NCBI RefSeq assembly: GCF_009914755.1
Contig: NC_060934.1
Length of the DNA: 64,000 nt
Strand: one strand, 5' to 3'
Origin: the human T2T-CHM13v2.0 reference genome, Homo sapiens
Below the pieces are notes generated by a model that had not been told where the DNA came from, searched no databases, and saw only the letters and a program-made list of their open reading frames with translations. Each line of letters begins with the position of its first letter. Positions within the stretch are counted from its first letter, which is position 1. The translations under genes and the position numbers were made by a program. Below, in pieces: positions 26,791 to 41,459 of this stretch.

Positions 26791-27889
26791 TAGATGGCTT
26801 TTATAAACAATGCTGCAACCAACATGTTGGTACACATGTATTTGAAAATATGTGTGCGATAGCTTGAAGATAAAGTCCTTGAAGTAAAAATTCTTTGTCA
26901 AAAGGCATGCTAATTTGAATTTCAAAAGATATTGTCAGGTAAGTAATATGATACTTTTTGAAGCAAGAAAATTCATTGCTGGAACATTTATACTTGTTAT
27001 AAATTTTTAATATATCTAACCAAATCAGCCTTATTCTAAATTTTAACCACTGTTTCTGTTTCTGCCCTCTGGAAGAACCACCACCGCAAAAATAAGTATT
27101 TGCCTTTGTAGTATAACTTACATTGAAATACTTTTAAAAAGGCTCATCTAAATATTTTTCTCTTCATGTAGAACATTCTCAGTTTTGCAACTATTCATCT
27201 TCGGAACAGTTTCAGAACCTTTATCTGACTGTTTATAATTCTCTGACTTTATCTGTGTCTTTAAGTGTGCTGCTTTCTCCCAGTGCAAAGCCTTGTGAAA
27301 AACTTGCAGAGATCTCGTTTGCAATTGATGTGGTCCAAGGAAGAGCCCTCACAAATTCTTACTTCATCTACCAGGGTGTGACAAGACACCATTTCATTTG
27401 TTGAATTTTTTTTTGAATTGGAATGAATTAAAGATACATTGCCTTGTCCTACTTAGTATGATAGGAAACAGATTATTTTAGACAGAAATTTTAATGAGCA
27501 CATGCTATATTTTAGTAAGTTTTTTTTTCTTATGGGTCACAAATGTAATTCCTCTAGATTCCCCAGTTTGTGTAGAGAAGACACTACAGAGTTTTTATGT
27601 AGACTAGAAGTTTTTCTATGCATTTATAAGTACATATATTATGCATGTAAAATACACACATATATCTTTTACATTATCTTATACATAATGTCAAATTGAA
27701 TCTCATTGCATAAATATTAATAAAGGTTTTTAAATCTTTGTATAAAATAAGATTTATAAATCATAAAATGAGATTCAACTTGACATAATGTTCTGCAACC
27801 TTTTACACTTGGATCTAGTATTTTTCCTGGGAATTAACATTATTCTTACTTTTTCATAGTTTCTGCAATGTATTTGTTCTCTTGTTTAG

Positions 27890-28007
27890 AATATCAGAAC
27901 TTTCTCTTCCAATTTTCTTCGCCATTTCTCAAATATTTGTTCAAGATCACCTCGTACGGCTTTATGATCATTAAAAAATTATTAACAGAACATAGATATG
28001 GAAGGCT
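27890..28007 (+). pseudogene. Pseudo-exon with RGS helix7-8-like motif (118 nt)
   Basis: Acceptor tttgttctcttgtttag, donor GCT/GTATGT. ISELSLPIFFAISQIFVQDHLVRLYDH*KIINRT*IWKA. Confidence 0.55.
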
Positions 28008-28380
28008 GTATGTTCTATGGAGTATACTCTGGGGAGCATCTTAAGGCCATCTTTCTAATCAAGTATATATGTACTATGGTTGCTGCAAAGCTGCATTGTA
28101 AACATGGAACATAAACCCACAGAAAGACTTGTGCAGAGCGCTCATAGAAGCCTTATCTACAATATCACAATATTACTAGCCAAATGTCTGTTGACAGGTG
28201 AATGGATACACAAAATGTGATATATCCATATAATGAAATAATATTAAGCAATAAAAAGTCTATTTAGTACTTGAAATATGCTAACCTGGATCTAGACCCT
28301 AGTCCGAGATGGACTAACCTGGACCTCAACCTGAAACATTTTGAAATGACCTGTAGCCTCTTGCTGTCTTCTCCACTCAG

Positions 28381-28668
28381 CTGCTCTTCTACTTCACTTG
28401 ACAACTGAAAGATGTTTGCGAATCCCTTCAGAATTTTCTTTTTTATTGTTTGTGTACTAATATACACCATGTTCTGCAGTGGTGTTCTTTTTCACTCCAA
28501 CTATTATAGGTTTCATCTGAATTTTTAAATTTTGCTTTTAGAAAATATAGGACTGCGTAGAATCATGGTAGTCTTTTCTTTGAGAAGGTTATACATTCTT
28601 GATATACAATATCTGAAAAAACCAGAAATAGCTGTGATAAATTACCATGTTTCTGATTATTCAGATGG
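28381..28668 (+). pseudogene. Candidate pseudo-exon (frameshifted)
   Basis: Acceptor cttgctgtcttctccactcag, donor TGG/GTCAGT. QLKDV/ANPFRIFFF ... LLENIGLRRIMVVFSLRRLYILDIQYLKKPEIAVINY. Confidence 0.45.
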
Positions 28669-28752
28669 GTCAGTGGACTATTACAGACTCCAAAGCATCA
28701 GAATTGTTGGATGTTTTAAGATTTGCCTTTCATTTATTCTGTGACTCTTTAG

Positions 28753-28965
28753 GAAAAAGTACCAGAGATAAAATATGGGCATTTATGTAGCAGGGCTCAC
28801 TCTCCTCATATCACAGGACACTACAATTATGGTAGCATAAGGAGTATTCCTCTTTTTTCCTTTGATTATAAATAATGAGTGCTCCTAGAATTAGAAATAG
28901 AGAAATGCAAGAAGCCAATGTTGTTAAAGATGGAATGACTGAAATAAAAGCACAGGAAACTTAAA
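28753..28965 (+). pseudogene. Candidate pseudo-exon
   Basis: 84-nt intron, acceptor tattctgtgactctttag, possible donor AAA/GTCAGT; partly open frames. Confidence 0.3.
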
Positions 28966-29299
28966 GTCAGTGATATGTTATAAGTATTGAGGTACTTTTT
29001 ACATCTTTTATGTGATCTTGTAAACCCCTTGGCAGAAATTCAAACCTTACCACTAAAGTCTGCTAACTTGAGAGAAGAGTGAAAATAAACAGGTCCTGAG
29101 GTATCTTAAAGAGTTAGCTAGACCTCGCCTACTATAAGCATAAATTTTGGTATCTAGAGCTTTCCTATTACGAAGTGATTTAATTTTACTTTATACATAT
29201 AGTATTCCTATTGTTTTAATATATTTAAAGTCTAGTTAAATTTTTATTTTTTCCTTTCAAGCTTCCTGGTAAAACTCTTAACTCCAGGAAGATGGTCCA

Positions 29300-29830
29300 T
29301 ATTTTAAAAACAGCTTTGTTGGCATACAGTTTATAAACAATTAGCTGCATTTATTAATAGTGTATCATTTTATAAATTTTACATATGTAGGCATCCATGA
29401 AATCATCACAATCAAGATAATGAACATACTCATCACCCTCAAAAGTTTATTTGTACCCCTTCGAAAGTTTTCCCTTTTACCCTTCTCTGTACCCCTCCCT
29501 GCAAGCAACCACTGATCTGCTTTCTATCAGTATGTATTAGTTTCTATTTATAGAGTTTTATATAAATGGAATCAGGCAGTATTGCTCTTTTCTGTCTTTT
29601 TTCCACTCAGCATAATAATTTTGAGATTCATTAATGTTATAGCTGGTATATTCATTCCTTTTTATTGTTTAGTATTATTTCATTATATAAATATATCACA
29701 TTTTGTGTATCCATTCATCTGTTGGTACACATTTAGGTTGTAATTTGGGGATATTATAAGTAAAGCTTCCTTAAACACTCACACACATGTCTTTCTATGG
29801 ACGTATGTTTCATATTTTTACTGTGGCTTT
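29300..29830 (-). mobile_element. Old L1M (L1MB-like) 3' end
   Basis: 'acagctttgttggcatacagttt...caagcaaccactgatctgctttct...tatccattcatctgttggtacacatttaggttg'. Confidence 0.8.
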
Positions 29831-31644
29831 GTAGCAACCATAATATACATACCCTTGATTATAATCATGGCCTTAAGACACTCCCTAGAGTATATGCCAT
29901 GGAGCATAAAGCCTTCCATATTGCTTATGTTCAGTTAATAATTTTTAATGAAGAACCGAATGAATGATGATGTTGGAGAAAAAATAGAAAGGTGTATCAC
30001 GTAATGAAAAGGAACCTCTATTGAATTGGAAAATCTTGACTCTAACTTCTATCTCACCATATAGTATTAAGCAAGTTACTTAATTTCATACACCTTAGCT
30101 ACCTACCTGTAGAAAGGAGATAATACAGGTATGTGATCTTTTTACCACAATTAGTACCCAAATCTTTGAAAATCAAAAGATTTTTGATACTCATTTGGTA
30201 GAAAAACTTGACCAGACCTGTACTTATTTATTGGAAAAGTCTGACCTGAACTGATGAGAAGCTAGTTATAGTGTTACTGAAATACCAAGGGTTTGGCCTA
30301 GGTCCTACGCTGCTTGCTGAACAGAAAGCCAATCACTGAGATGATGAGTATTGTTGGAGAAGGAGGCTTTAATAGGGTGCTGCAGCCAAGAAGGGAGCTC
30401 AGTCTCAAATCTGTCTCCTTGATGGACTAAAATTAGTGGTTCGTATAGCAAGGAAGAATTGTAACCATGTGTGGGAAAACAGGAACTAGGAATGGGTAAG
30501 GAAGAGGAGTTGGTTAATAGGAAGTAGGTGGTTGGTTAGACAATCATGATGGGTAAGGGATCTGCCCTCTCATTGTCCAAATGCAGTGGTCTGATACTAT
30601 CTGGGAGGACTGATGGTTGATTTTCTGAGTGAGGAACTCAGATAAGACAACTGTAATTTTCTTCAGTTTTAAGACTGGGAGGATCAGTTTCTATGTTTAT
30701 TCAAAGAAACCATAAACACCAGCTCTATGGGATTCATAGAGGTTTGAGTCCCCCATTTCTATTAATTTCTCAATCATGGAGAATCTGGCTGTTGATCTTT
30801 TTGGCTGCTTCATGCTGAGGAGGGGTGTTGTGAGCAGCTCCATACCATGAGTAACCATGCGGCCACTCAGGAATCAAAAGTTAATCTCATCCCAGTTTTC
30901 TCCTGAAACACAATCTTTCTCTTTCCAGTCTCCTACTTCCATTAAAGTCAAATTACAGCAGGACCAATCCTCCTGCAAAGTAAGCTTCCATCTCATATAC
31001 TTGGCCTGATTACCCACACAATGTGCAGCAAGAATCATTGTCTATATAGGCTCTCTTAAATTGGCTTTTCTGTAGCCTCTCACAAGGCCATTTCAGTCAA
31101 AGCCCTGGGAAAATACGTTCCTCCAATTGTGTCCCATTGTTTAACAAAACAAAACAAAACAAAAACGGATTCTTACTGAACTCTTACAGCCAAAAACATT
31201 GCCATGAATTAAGAATATTCACAAACAGTTTACAAATTCTGGATAAATTAGGCAGAGAGAGAGAAATATGTCCCAAATTCTGTTTACAAGAGTATACTCT
31301 ACTCAAGCATTAAAGGTTGTAAATAGCTCAGCAGGAAAACAATTCTCCAGAGTCTGAAGAGTCAGCAGTGGTTCAAACAACAACAATAACAACAAAGCCA
31401 TTAAAATGATTTTAGTTCTCCATCAGTTTAATCCATAAAATCAACTGCTGCTCTGCTTCATGTTGGGTTAGCAATCCTTATGAACACATTAGCCTTTTAA
31501 TTAGAGTCCTGGAAGTTTTCTCTCTAATCCAATGGCATAATCTATAAAGTTATAAGAAACCAGTGTTCAAAAGTCCTTTTCATGAACTCCTTAAAAGAAG
31601 TAAGCCCTGGGCTGTAGCTGATTATAAGTCACCTTGAGAAGAAT

Positions 31645-32712
31645 TATTGGGGGAACCATCCCCCAATATTTCAACATAGGTTCTTTCTATTTTCCCTAAG
31701 TGTTGGCCAGTCTGAGAAATAAAGAGAAAGAGTACAAAGAGAGAAATTTTACAGCTGAGCATCCAGGGGTGTCATCACATATTGGTAGGACCATGATGGC
31801 AACCTCAAGCCACAAAACCAGCAGGTTTTTATTTGGGATTTTAAAAGGGGAGGGGTTGTATGAACAGGGAGTAGGTCACAAGGATCACATGCTTCAAAGG
31901 GCAATAAAGATCACAAGGCAAGGCAAAATTAGAGTTACTGATGAGGGTCTGTGTCCCACTGTGCACACATTATCTTGATAAATATCTTAACAGGAAACAG
32001 GGTTCAAGAGAAGACAGCCAGTCTGACTAGAATTTACCAGGATGGAATTTCCCAATCCTAGTAAGCCTGAGGGCACTGCAGGAGACCAGGGCATATTTCA
32101 GTCCTTATCTCAACTGCGCAAGACAGACCACTCCCAGAGCGGCCGTGTATAGACCTACCCCCGGGAGTGCATTCCTTCCCCAGGGCTGTTCCTTGCTGGG
32201 AAAAGAATTCAGCGATATTTCTCCTACTCACACATCCATCTATAGGTTTTCTGAGAGAAGAAAAATATGGCTGTATTCTGCCCGACCCCGCAGGCAGTCA
32301 GACCTTATGGTTATCTTTCCTTGTTCCCTGAAAATTGCTGTTATTCTGTTCTTTTTCAGGGTGCACTGATTTCATATTGTTCAAATACATGTTTTACAAA
32401 CAATTTGTACAGTTAATGCAATCATCACAGGGTCTTGAGGTGACATACATCCTCAGCTTACAAAGATGACAGGATTAAGAGATTAAAGTAAGACAGGCAT
32501 AAGAAATTATAAGAGTATTAATTGGGGAAGTGATAAATGTCCATGAAATCTTCACAATTTATGTTCAGAGATTGCAGTAAAGACAGGCATAAGAAATTAT
32601 AAAAGTATTAATTTTGGGAACTGATAAATGTCCATGAAATCTTCACAATTTATGTTCTTCTGCCACGGCTTCAGCCAGTCCCTCCATTCGGGGTCCCTGT
32701 CTTCTCACAACA
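31645..32712 (-). mobile_element. MER11 solo LTR (HERV-K11/HML-8) nested in the LOR1 internal region
   Basis: Ends 'tattgggggaacc' and 'ggggtccctgtcttctcacaaca'; internal tandem 'ataaatgtccatgaaatcttcacaatttatgttc'; TSD AGAAT. Confidence 0.92.
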
Positions 32713-35700
32713 AGAATCAAAGCAAAACAACAACTGTCTTAAGACAGTCATAACCACACAATTGACAAGGAAATTTGCTTATTTCTGTGTCATACAACAA
32801 TTTAACATAATAATCATAATTATTACAATATGTATTAGGACATATCAGAATTTTAGGACTCTCCTACATTCCTAGAACACATATTAACAACACATCTATA
32901 GAAATATAACCCCCAAAAAGTTAAATACCACCTCACATTTGACAATGCTTCCTGTATAATTCTAACATACCAAATAAATCTAATATGTCTCTTTTGGAAT
33001 TCAGGATACCCAATATTTTAAAAAGGTTATCTCGAGGTTAAAATACTGATCTAGAACTTGAAATTTTTCTGCTGGAAAGTCTGTCAAAAATCAAAGATTT
33101 AAGACACTTGAGATCACAAAATAAGTTCACAAGTTACTAAAAAATAGTCATTCATTTAGCCAAAATCATAATACAAAAATGTTTACTTTTTGATAGAGAG
33201 GAGACTCAATTTCCTTAACAATAAAACCTGATAAAAACTGCACAGCACCAGCTAAATCTGTCTTCCCCACTCCTTCTTTTTATCTTCTACAGTTTTACTC
33301 AAAAGGTAAATAGAAATCTCTTATTATCTCTTACATGAAAATTTTGTTCAAAAGAGAAAACCAAATTTTACCTTTGTATGTTGTATTATTAATGTCAAAA
33401 CTAATTTTAATAAAACTTTATAAACAAATCTATCTAACTTTAATCAGTTTGATCACAAGGTAAGATTTCCATGAACTTTTTGTAACTTTTTACAGTTTTC
33501 TACTAAAGAGCAGATTAATGCTCCAAGAAAACCATGTTATTTAGACATAGAGGTCCAGTTGCTGGCCTTGCATTAGTGTGCTTTTGATATTAATGTTTAG
33601 TTTATAGAAACACTCTGAGCTAATCTTATCCCTCAAATTCAGCTCTTGTGGTCTCATGTGCCCACCTCTTCTGTGATAGTCCCTGGGCCTAGAGGGATTG
33701 AATAGTTGTTATTTTATTTCATTTCTGCTTTTGTGTCAATACTCAAGATTTAGCAGGGATCAGTGCCTTTTTTCAGACCCAGTGGTCAAAGCCCTGCAAC
33801 TTAACAGTACAGGGATTAGTTAATAGGATATTTATATTACAGAAAGTCCTATCATTCTCTCTAACATGTCAGAAATAAAAACACTGTGATTTGGTGCTCA
33901 GGAGTTATTGCTTGCAGCACTTCAAACCACTGTATTAAAGTAGTTAAGTTACTCACTACACATGTCTAATTGCTGATACTCTAGTGACAGAGCTGTGACT
34001 AAAAGCATCAAAAGTGTGACAGGTCCTATGTTAAACTTATCAAAGCAAGACAACTAACTTGTTTCTCCATCATTAAAAACATAGTAAATGCAAATATTAG
34101 TTTTGGAAATGCAATATGAAGACAAATAATTTCCTTTCACTTAAATATTTTATAATGAAACTGAGATAAAGTAAGAACAAGCAAAGAATTAATTTATTTT
34201 CAGCTATTTAAAATAGCATTACATAATTCCAAGATTAGTTTCTAGATACAGCACTGACAACTTATTAGAGAACTCTCTGCTGAAATCTTCAAACTAGTGC
34301 AACACTTGTATTTCTTTGGTTTTCAAGTATGCACATGAAGGCTCATCAGTGATAAACTGCTTGGGATCAAAAATCACTAGACAGAATCACATATTTTTTA
34401 TTACTACTTAATCCAAGTGAATGTCACTTAATTTTAATAATGACTAACACACCTAAGTTAATTTCAGAGAAATTTCAATCAATATAACTTCCTTAAGGAC
34501 AAGGCCAATCTTTCCTGAACATTAAAACTTTGTACCCATTTTATAGTTTTTCCTCATTACTTAAAGGATTATATCTGAAACCAACTCAAATTATTGATTG
34601 ATTGAATTACCTTGGAAATAAACACCATTTAAACATTTTAATTATCACCAATCTTTTCAAATAACAAAATAAATAATGTACTGTTTCTGCTTAAAACTTG
34701 TAAAAATAGTTCATTTTTTTTAAAACCAGGAACCTTAAAGCTCTTGTGTCTCTCTAGATCATCAGAGGTAAGCAATAGCAACAAGTTTTAAATGGCTGGT
34801 GTCCTCTATCAATTTTTGCTTGCTTGACAAATATAGGTTAGAAATTTTAGATAAATAAAATAGATGATTAATTGCTGGAAATGTGTAGGAAACAAAATGA
34901 CTATTCATGGAACCAAATAAAAGCCTTCCATTAGAAATGAAAAAATATCAATCATTTTATATACATGTATATGAAAGTAAAACCCAAAGGAGAACAAACA
35001 GCAAATAATTGAAAATTAAAAGCAAAAACAAAGAACAGGAAACCAAGTCCAAATTTCTCTTCTGCTCAGTTTACCTTGGAGGCCACAGTGTTACTCAGAA
35101 TCTAAAAAATTCACATGATGTATATTTTGTTCCTGGTACACAAATTGATGTTTTTAAGTCCACCAAAAACACTATACTTTCTGTACAATTAAGAAATTCA
35201 CTTTAGGTGTATGATCAGTAAGTACTTAGTGCTGGTAGCATCTATGCAGAAGGCCAAATACAGTGTGAAATAAAGCAATGGAAGCATTTATGTTAAATTT
35301 GGCTCCATGTTAATCTTCTTTCACTTAAATATTTTATAACAAAACAGGAACAAAGTAAGAACAAACAAACAACTAATTTATTGTTAGCTATTTAAAAGAG
35401 TATCATCACATAATTCCAAGATTAGTTTCTAGATACAGTTTGGCTTCATGCTTAACTGCCATTGTATTTCATTACAAAATGTATTAATTTACCTTCATCA
35501 AGACCAAGAGCTTTAATTATGAGCAATGTTAACTAGCCACATTTCTCTAATTTTCTCTCAGGTTTTAAAGAATATTTTACTATCTAAACTGTTTCATCTT
35601 TATTTTCTCTGTATGTGCATGAAGGGTAGTCATATAGAGAAACAGGAAAAAGCTACATATGACTTACATGGACCATCTATGACATGCTTGGGCTTTCTGT

Positions 35701-35800
35701 TTTGTACTAACTTTTCTTTTCTTTTTAAAATAAGCAGTCATTTTATTTTGGGACAAAAATTCACCATACACGATCCTTTGTCATACAAAATTCTTTATTT

Positions 35801-36080
35801 TCTTTTTTCTTTTTTTTGAGACAGAGTCTCACTCTGTCACCCAGGCTGGAGTGCCGTGGCATGATCTTGGCTCACTGCAAGCTCTGCCTCCCAGGTTCAG
35901 GCCATTCTCCTGCCTCAGCCTCCTGAGTAGCTGGGACTACAGGCACCTGCAACCACGCCTGGCTAATTTTTTGTTTTTAGTAGAGATGGGGTTTCACCAT
36001 ATTAGCCAGGATGGTCTCAATCTCCTGACCTCGTGATTTGCCCGCCTTCGCCTTCCGAAGGGCTGGGATTACAGGCATGA
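35801..36080 (-). mobile_element. AluY/Sc-type in LOR1-int
   Basis: 'gcaagctctgcctcccaggttcaggccattctcc','acctcgtgat'. Confidence 0.95.
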
Positions 36081-36523
36081 TCTTTTTTTTCTTTATAACC
36101 TTCCCTACCAAAAATATATCTTCATGTCCTTAACTTTCTTTATATCCCTCTCCCCTACTTACTTGTTCCTTTCTATCTTGTTTCATAAATAACCTTTTCA
36201 AGTCCGTAATTCTAATTAACCTTTAGATACCCTCTGAATTAGGCAAAACTATTCTTTTTCTCACAAAGAACACATCTTCTTTGGCACATGTTATACACTG
36301 AATTATATATTAACTATAATTCTTATCCTTAGTAACTTTAAATTTTAATGAAAACCTAGGAAGCAAGAAATTCTGAGCTGCCTTTCAGATATTAACATTT
36401 GGTAGATGAGAACCATTTCACAACCTTTAGAAATATGTTTCCCCATATCATAACTTTTTCTTAATTAGAAATGACTCAGACATCCAAATAGCATAAAAAA
36501 TAATTTTAAGATTTTAAGTTACA

Positions 36524-36830
<307 letters not shown>

Positions 36831-38375
36831 TTAAGTTACACAGAAAATTCACCTACAACACTTACCCATTTACATTTTCCTTATTTTTAGCAATTTATCT
36901 AGATTTGTGAATCATTTCCTTGTTAACCATTTTATAACCTGTGAATATCAGGTAATCACCTAAGTAAGAATCTTAGAGTTAACTACATGTGCATGTTCAC
37001 CAATAACTCAGAAGATTCAGCTATTTTTGTTAAACCAACATTAAATAGGTCTTACTTATCAAAAAAATTCACACAAAGATCATTTTGTTTTGGCTGGGTT
37101 TATAGTTGTGTAACCTCTATGTCAAACCCTGATACCTAAAAATATCTAGCAGAGACAAATATAAAACCCCAACAAAAATGTATGCTGACAACACTGAAGA
37201 CATTTCTTTTTTTATATTACCAATAATTTTAAAGCCAGCTTGTTTATTAAAGTTTTAGTTAAGTCACATGTAAATTACTTGGACTTATTTACTTATTAGT
37301 GATCTTTTATTTATAAGCCAATTTGGTAGACACAATGTGTAATAAATGTACATACACATAAACACATCTAGACATGTATACACACACACAAAGATCCAAC
37401 AACTTTTATCTTGGAACTCTAGTCATGTGATATAAATACATACTTACCAGCCTACAAACATGTTCACATGGTTCAACTTTGTTTGCCCCAGTAGGTAATC
37501 CAGTGAAGGCTGTGAACCAAAATTTCAGGTAAAGCAGTTTCCATGGCAGTTTGATTTGTAAAGGCCAAACCTTCCCAGACTCCAAAGAACAATGGGGCAA
37601 AACAGCATCACAGAACCTTACCTGGAACCTACTAACCAGGCCCAACCCTGCTTAGAATAGCAGCATTAAAGCCTGTATATCTGGAACTCCATTTCACTTT
37701 CCCATTATCAACAGCAAACTCCAGATTCCAAACAATGTTGGGGCCAAAAAAAAGAAAATCAGTTTACTGAATTCCAATTTCCCATGACTATGTTGACACA
37801 CACACAAACAATCACCAAAACACAATCCAAGTGCTTCAGCAATAAACAAGCACCAAATGTGTCTAAATTGGAACAGTCAATGTGCTTCCTCTCTCAATCA
37901 GTTGGGCTTTATCCACTTGCAAATGGAAATTCCAACCAAAATTGAGAGGAACTGACCCACTCTCTGGTACCCACAAAAGACACTCAGTTGCCCAGACACA
38001 CACACAACACACAATTAGAAATAAGCCCCCAGAGTGTCCATATTGAAACAGTCAGTGTGCTGCCATCTCTCAGTCAGTTGGCCTTGTCCACTTGCCAATG
38101 GAACTTCCTCTAAAAATTTCCCAAATTGAAAAGAGCAGATCATGCTATCTGGGCCTACAAAGGAAATTTCACCTGTCCCAATGCAGATATCAAATTTAAA
38201 GATTGTTCTTTCTAGGCATTCAGGAAAGCAGCTGGGGCCAGCAGCAGCAGGACCAGAGAGGGAAACAGACCCATGTCCAGCCAAAAAAAAAAAAAAAAAA
38301 AAAAAGGGTCAAGCGGCTACTTAGAAGGTCTTTTGAAATTCCTGACCCACAGCAACCAAGCCACCAGCAATGTGT

Positions 38376-38393
38376 TCCTGGTCAGGGAACCGG
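38376..38393 (-). other. Primer-binding site (tRNA-Glu-like)
   Basis: Minus strand CGGTTCCCTGACCAGGAA versus tRNA-Glu 3' complement TGGTTCCCTGACCGGGAA, immediately inside the 5' LTR. Confidence 0.75.
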
Positions 38394-39136
38394 AATTTGT
38401 TACTGAAACACCAAAGATTCAGTGTAGGTCTTGCTGCTCACTGCACAGAAAGCCATTCACTGAGACAATGAGTATTGCCAGAGGAGAAGGCTTTAATCAG
38501 GTGCTGCTTCCAAGGAGATGAAAGATTAGCCTCAAATCCATCTCCCTGATGGACTAAAATTATGGGTTTATATAGCAGGAAAGAAATGTAACCCTGTGTG
38601 GGAAGACAGGAATTAGGGAGGGGTAAGGAAGAGGAGTTGGTCGACAGGAAGCAGATGGTTGGTTAAGCAATCATTATAAGTGAGGGGTCTGACACCCCAT
38701 TGTCCAAAAGCACCATATAGTGAGTTTCAGCTTCTTGATACTATCTGGGCGTCCTGATGGTTGATTTCCTGAGAAAGGAACTCAGATACGACAATTGTGA
38801 TTGTCTTCAGTTTTAAGACTGGGAGGATCCATTTCTATGTTTATTCAAAGAAACCATAAACATCAGCTCTATGGGGCAATTGGGTCAGTTGCAATAGTTT
38901 TATTTATCACACTTTGTACAACCATTCTGATGTGTTGCTGCAAAAATATTAATAAATTTGATTATGGGTTGCTGCTCTATATCCCATTGGTGTTACCTAA
39001 TGTGCATTTTATACATTGTATTATACTTCTAAAATTGCCAGATTTTTCATTCTAAAACATATGTTGCCTTGATAAAAATTGTGGGCTCTACATATTTCTC
39101 TAGCTACCTATATTAGAATTAGATTTGGTTAGGGTT

Positions 39137-40567
39137 TTTTTTTTTTTCCATAGGTTATTGGGGAACCTGTGGTGTTTGGTTACATGAGTAAGTTTTTTAG
39201 TGGTAATTTGTGAGATGTTGGCGTAACCATCACCTAAGCAGTATACACTGCACCCAATTTGTGGTTTTTATCCCTCACCCCATTCCCACCCTTTCCCCTT
39301 GAGTCCCCAAAGCCTATTTTTCATTCTCATTCCTTTGCATCATCATAGCTTAGCTCCCACTTATGAGTGAGAACATACTATGTTTGGTTTTCCATTTCTG
39401 AGTTACTTCACTTAGAATAATAGTCTCCAATCTCATCGAGGTTGCCGTGAATGTCATTAGTTTATTTCTTTTTTTGGCTGAGTAGTATTCCATCACATAT
39501 ATGTATATATTATATTGTATGTGTGTGTGTGTGTATAATATATATGTGTGTGTGTGTATATAAAATAGTTTCTTTATCCACTTGCTGATTGATGGGCATT
39601 TGGGCTGGTTCCACATTTTTGCAATTTTGAATTGTGCTCCTTTAAACATGTGTGTGCAAGTATCTATTTTTGTATAATGATTTCTTTTCCTTTGGGTAGC
39701 TACTCAGTAGTGGGATTGCTGGATTAAATGGTAGTTCTACTTTTAGTTTTTTAAGGAATCTCCACATTGTTTTCCATAGTGGCAGTACTAGTTTACACTC
39801 CTACCAGCAATGTAGAAATGTTCCCTGTTCACTGCATGCATGCCAACATCTATTATTTTTGATTTTTTGATTATGGCCATTCTTGCAGGAGTGAGGTGGT
39901 ATCTCATTGTGGTTTTGATTTTCATTTTTCTGATCATTAGTGATGTTGAGCATTTTTTCATATGTTTGTTGGTCATTTATATATTTTCTTTTGAGAATTG
40001 TCTATTCATGTCGTTTGCCCACTTTTTGATGGGGTTGTTTGTTTTTTTCTTCCTAATTTGTTTGAGTTCGTTGTAGATTCTGGATATTAGTCCTTTGTCA
40101 GATGTATAGATTGAAGATTTTCTCCCACTCTGTGGGTCATCTGTTTACCCAACTGACTGTTCCTTTTGTCATGCAAAAGCTCTTTAATTTAATTAAGTAC
40201 CATCTATTCATCTTTGTTTTTATTGCATTTGATTTTGGGTTCTTTATCATGAAATCCTTGCCTAAGCCAATGTCTAGAAGGATTTTTTCAATGTTGTCTT
40301 CTAGAGTTTTTATAGTTTTAGGTCTTAGATTTATGTTCTTGATCCATCTTGAGTTGATTTTTATATAAGGTGAAAGATGAGGATCCAGTTTCATTCTCCT
40401 ACATGTGGCTTGCCAATTATCCCAGCACCATTTGTTGAATTGGGTGTCCTTTTCCCACTTTGTTTTTGTTTGCTTTGTCAAAGATCTTTTGGCTGAAAGT
40501 ATTTGAGTTTATTTCTGGATTCTCTATTCTGTTCCATTTGTCTATGTGCCTATACAAGTACCATGCT
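39137..40567 (-). mobile_element. 5'-truncated L1PB-type
   Basis: T-tail, 3'UTR and ORF2 C-terminus; TSD gatttggtta(g/t)ggtt at 39122 and 40568. Confidence 0.93.
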
Positions 40568-40589
40568 GATTTGGTTATGGTTGACAGAA

Positions 40590-41000
40590 AACACATAAAA
40601 AATGGCTCAAATAAGAAGTTTATTTCACTCTTATAAAAAAGTTCAGAGATAAGCAGTTCCAAGGCTTTATTATGGCCACAAAATGTCAGGGCTCAAGGCT
40701 TCTTCTATCTTGTAACTCCGTCTTATATGATATTTGATCCTAAGAGCATGTCATAGGTAAAATGGCTGCTGAAGTGCCAGCCATTTCACTTACTTTTCCA
40801 CCAGCATGAAGGTAGAAAAGGAGGAGAAAGGCTAGGTCACATCTTTTAAGGACCCTTCCCAGAAATTATAAATACTACTTTAGTCTGAATTTAGTCACAT
40901 GGACATATCTGATGCAATAGAGTATAGGAAATATCTTTGTTTCAGACTGCTGTAAATCTAGCTAAAAATTTATGGTCTTGTGACTATAGAAGAAGATAAC
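40590..41000. mobile_element. MLT1J-like MaLR relic
   Basis: 'aatggctcaaataagaagtttatttc...aaaatggctgctgaagtgccagcca...ttagtcacatggacatatct'. Confidence 0.55.
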
Positions 41001-41304
41001 AGATACTGAGAAAAATTGTAGTCTTTGCCCCACTGCCCTTCTATCTTATTGGGTAGTTGTCAAAGAGAAGTAATAAACATGAAAACAACTTAAAAGAGTC
41101 AAAAGCTCTACATAATTCTATGTTTAATAACAAGAAGGGACTTAGGGTATTTTTTTTTTTTTGAAACATCACATTCTTCCATGGTTTTGATGTATCATTT
41201 TGGTGGTTTCTCGACATATCATTGGGATAATGTTGTAAATGGTGGATAAATGCCAATTTCTACTATTCCTCAAAGACTTTCTTAATTATTTTTTTGTCTA
41301 CCAG

Positions 41305-41459
41305 GAAATCTAGTGGGTTTTTTAAAAAGACACTTGAACATCTGGCATGTTTCCAGGAAGCCATAATACAAAGTTAAAACAGCTTTAGCTTCAAACATAG
41401 TTTTGTTCACTTTTGTCCCCCATATTTTTTCTGGATCTTTTCTTAGAACTGTGAACCTG
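41305..41459 (+). pseudogene. Pseudo-exon
   Basis: Acceptor attttttttgtctaccag, donor CTG/GTAACA. NLVGF/FKKTLEHLACFQEAIIQS*NSFSFKHSF. Confidence 0.5.

Noticed and set aside
27266-27375. Possible extra plus-strand exon (tgtgtctttaag acceptor, AGG/GTGTGA donor)
   Set aside because: Two competing acceptors and two open frames with no recognisable motif; cannot be supported.
32460-32660. Tandem ~90-bp repeats
   Set aside because: Normal internal structure of MER11 LTRs; not a CRISPR-like or novel array.
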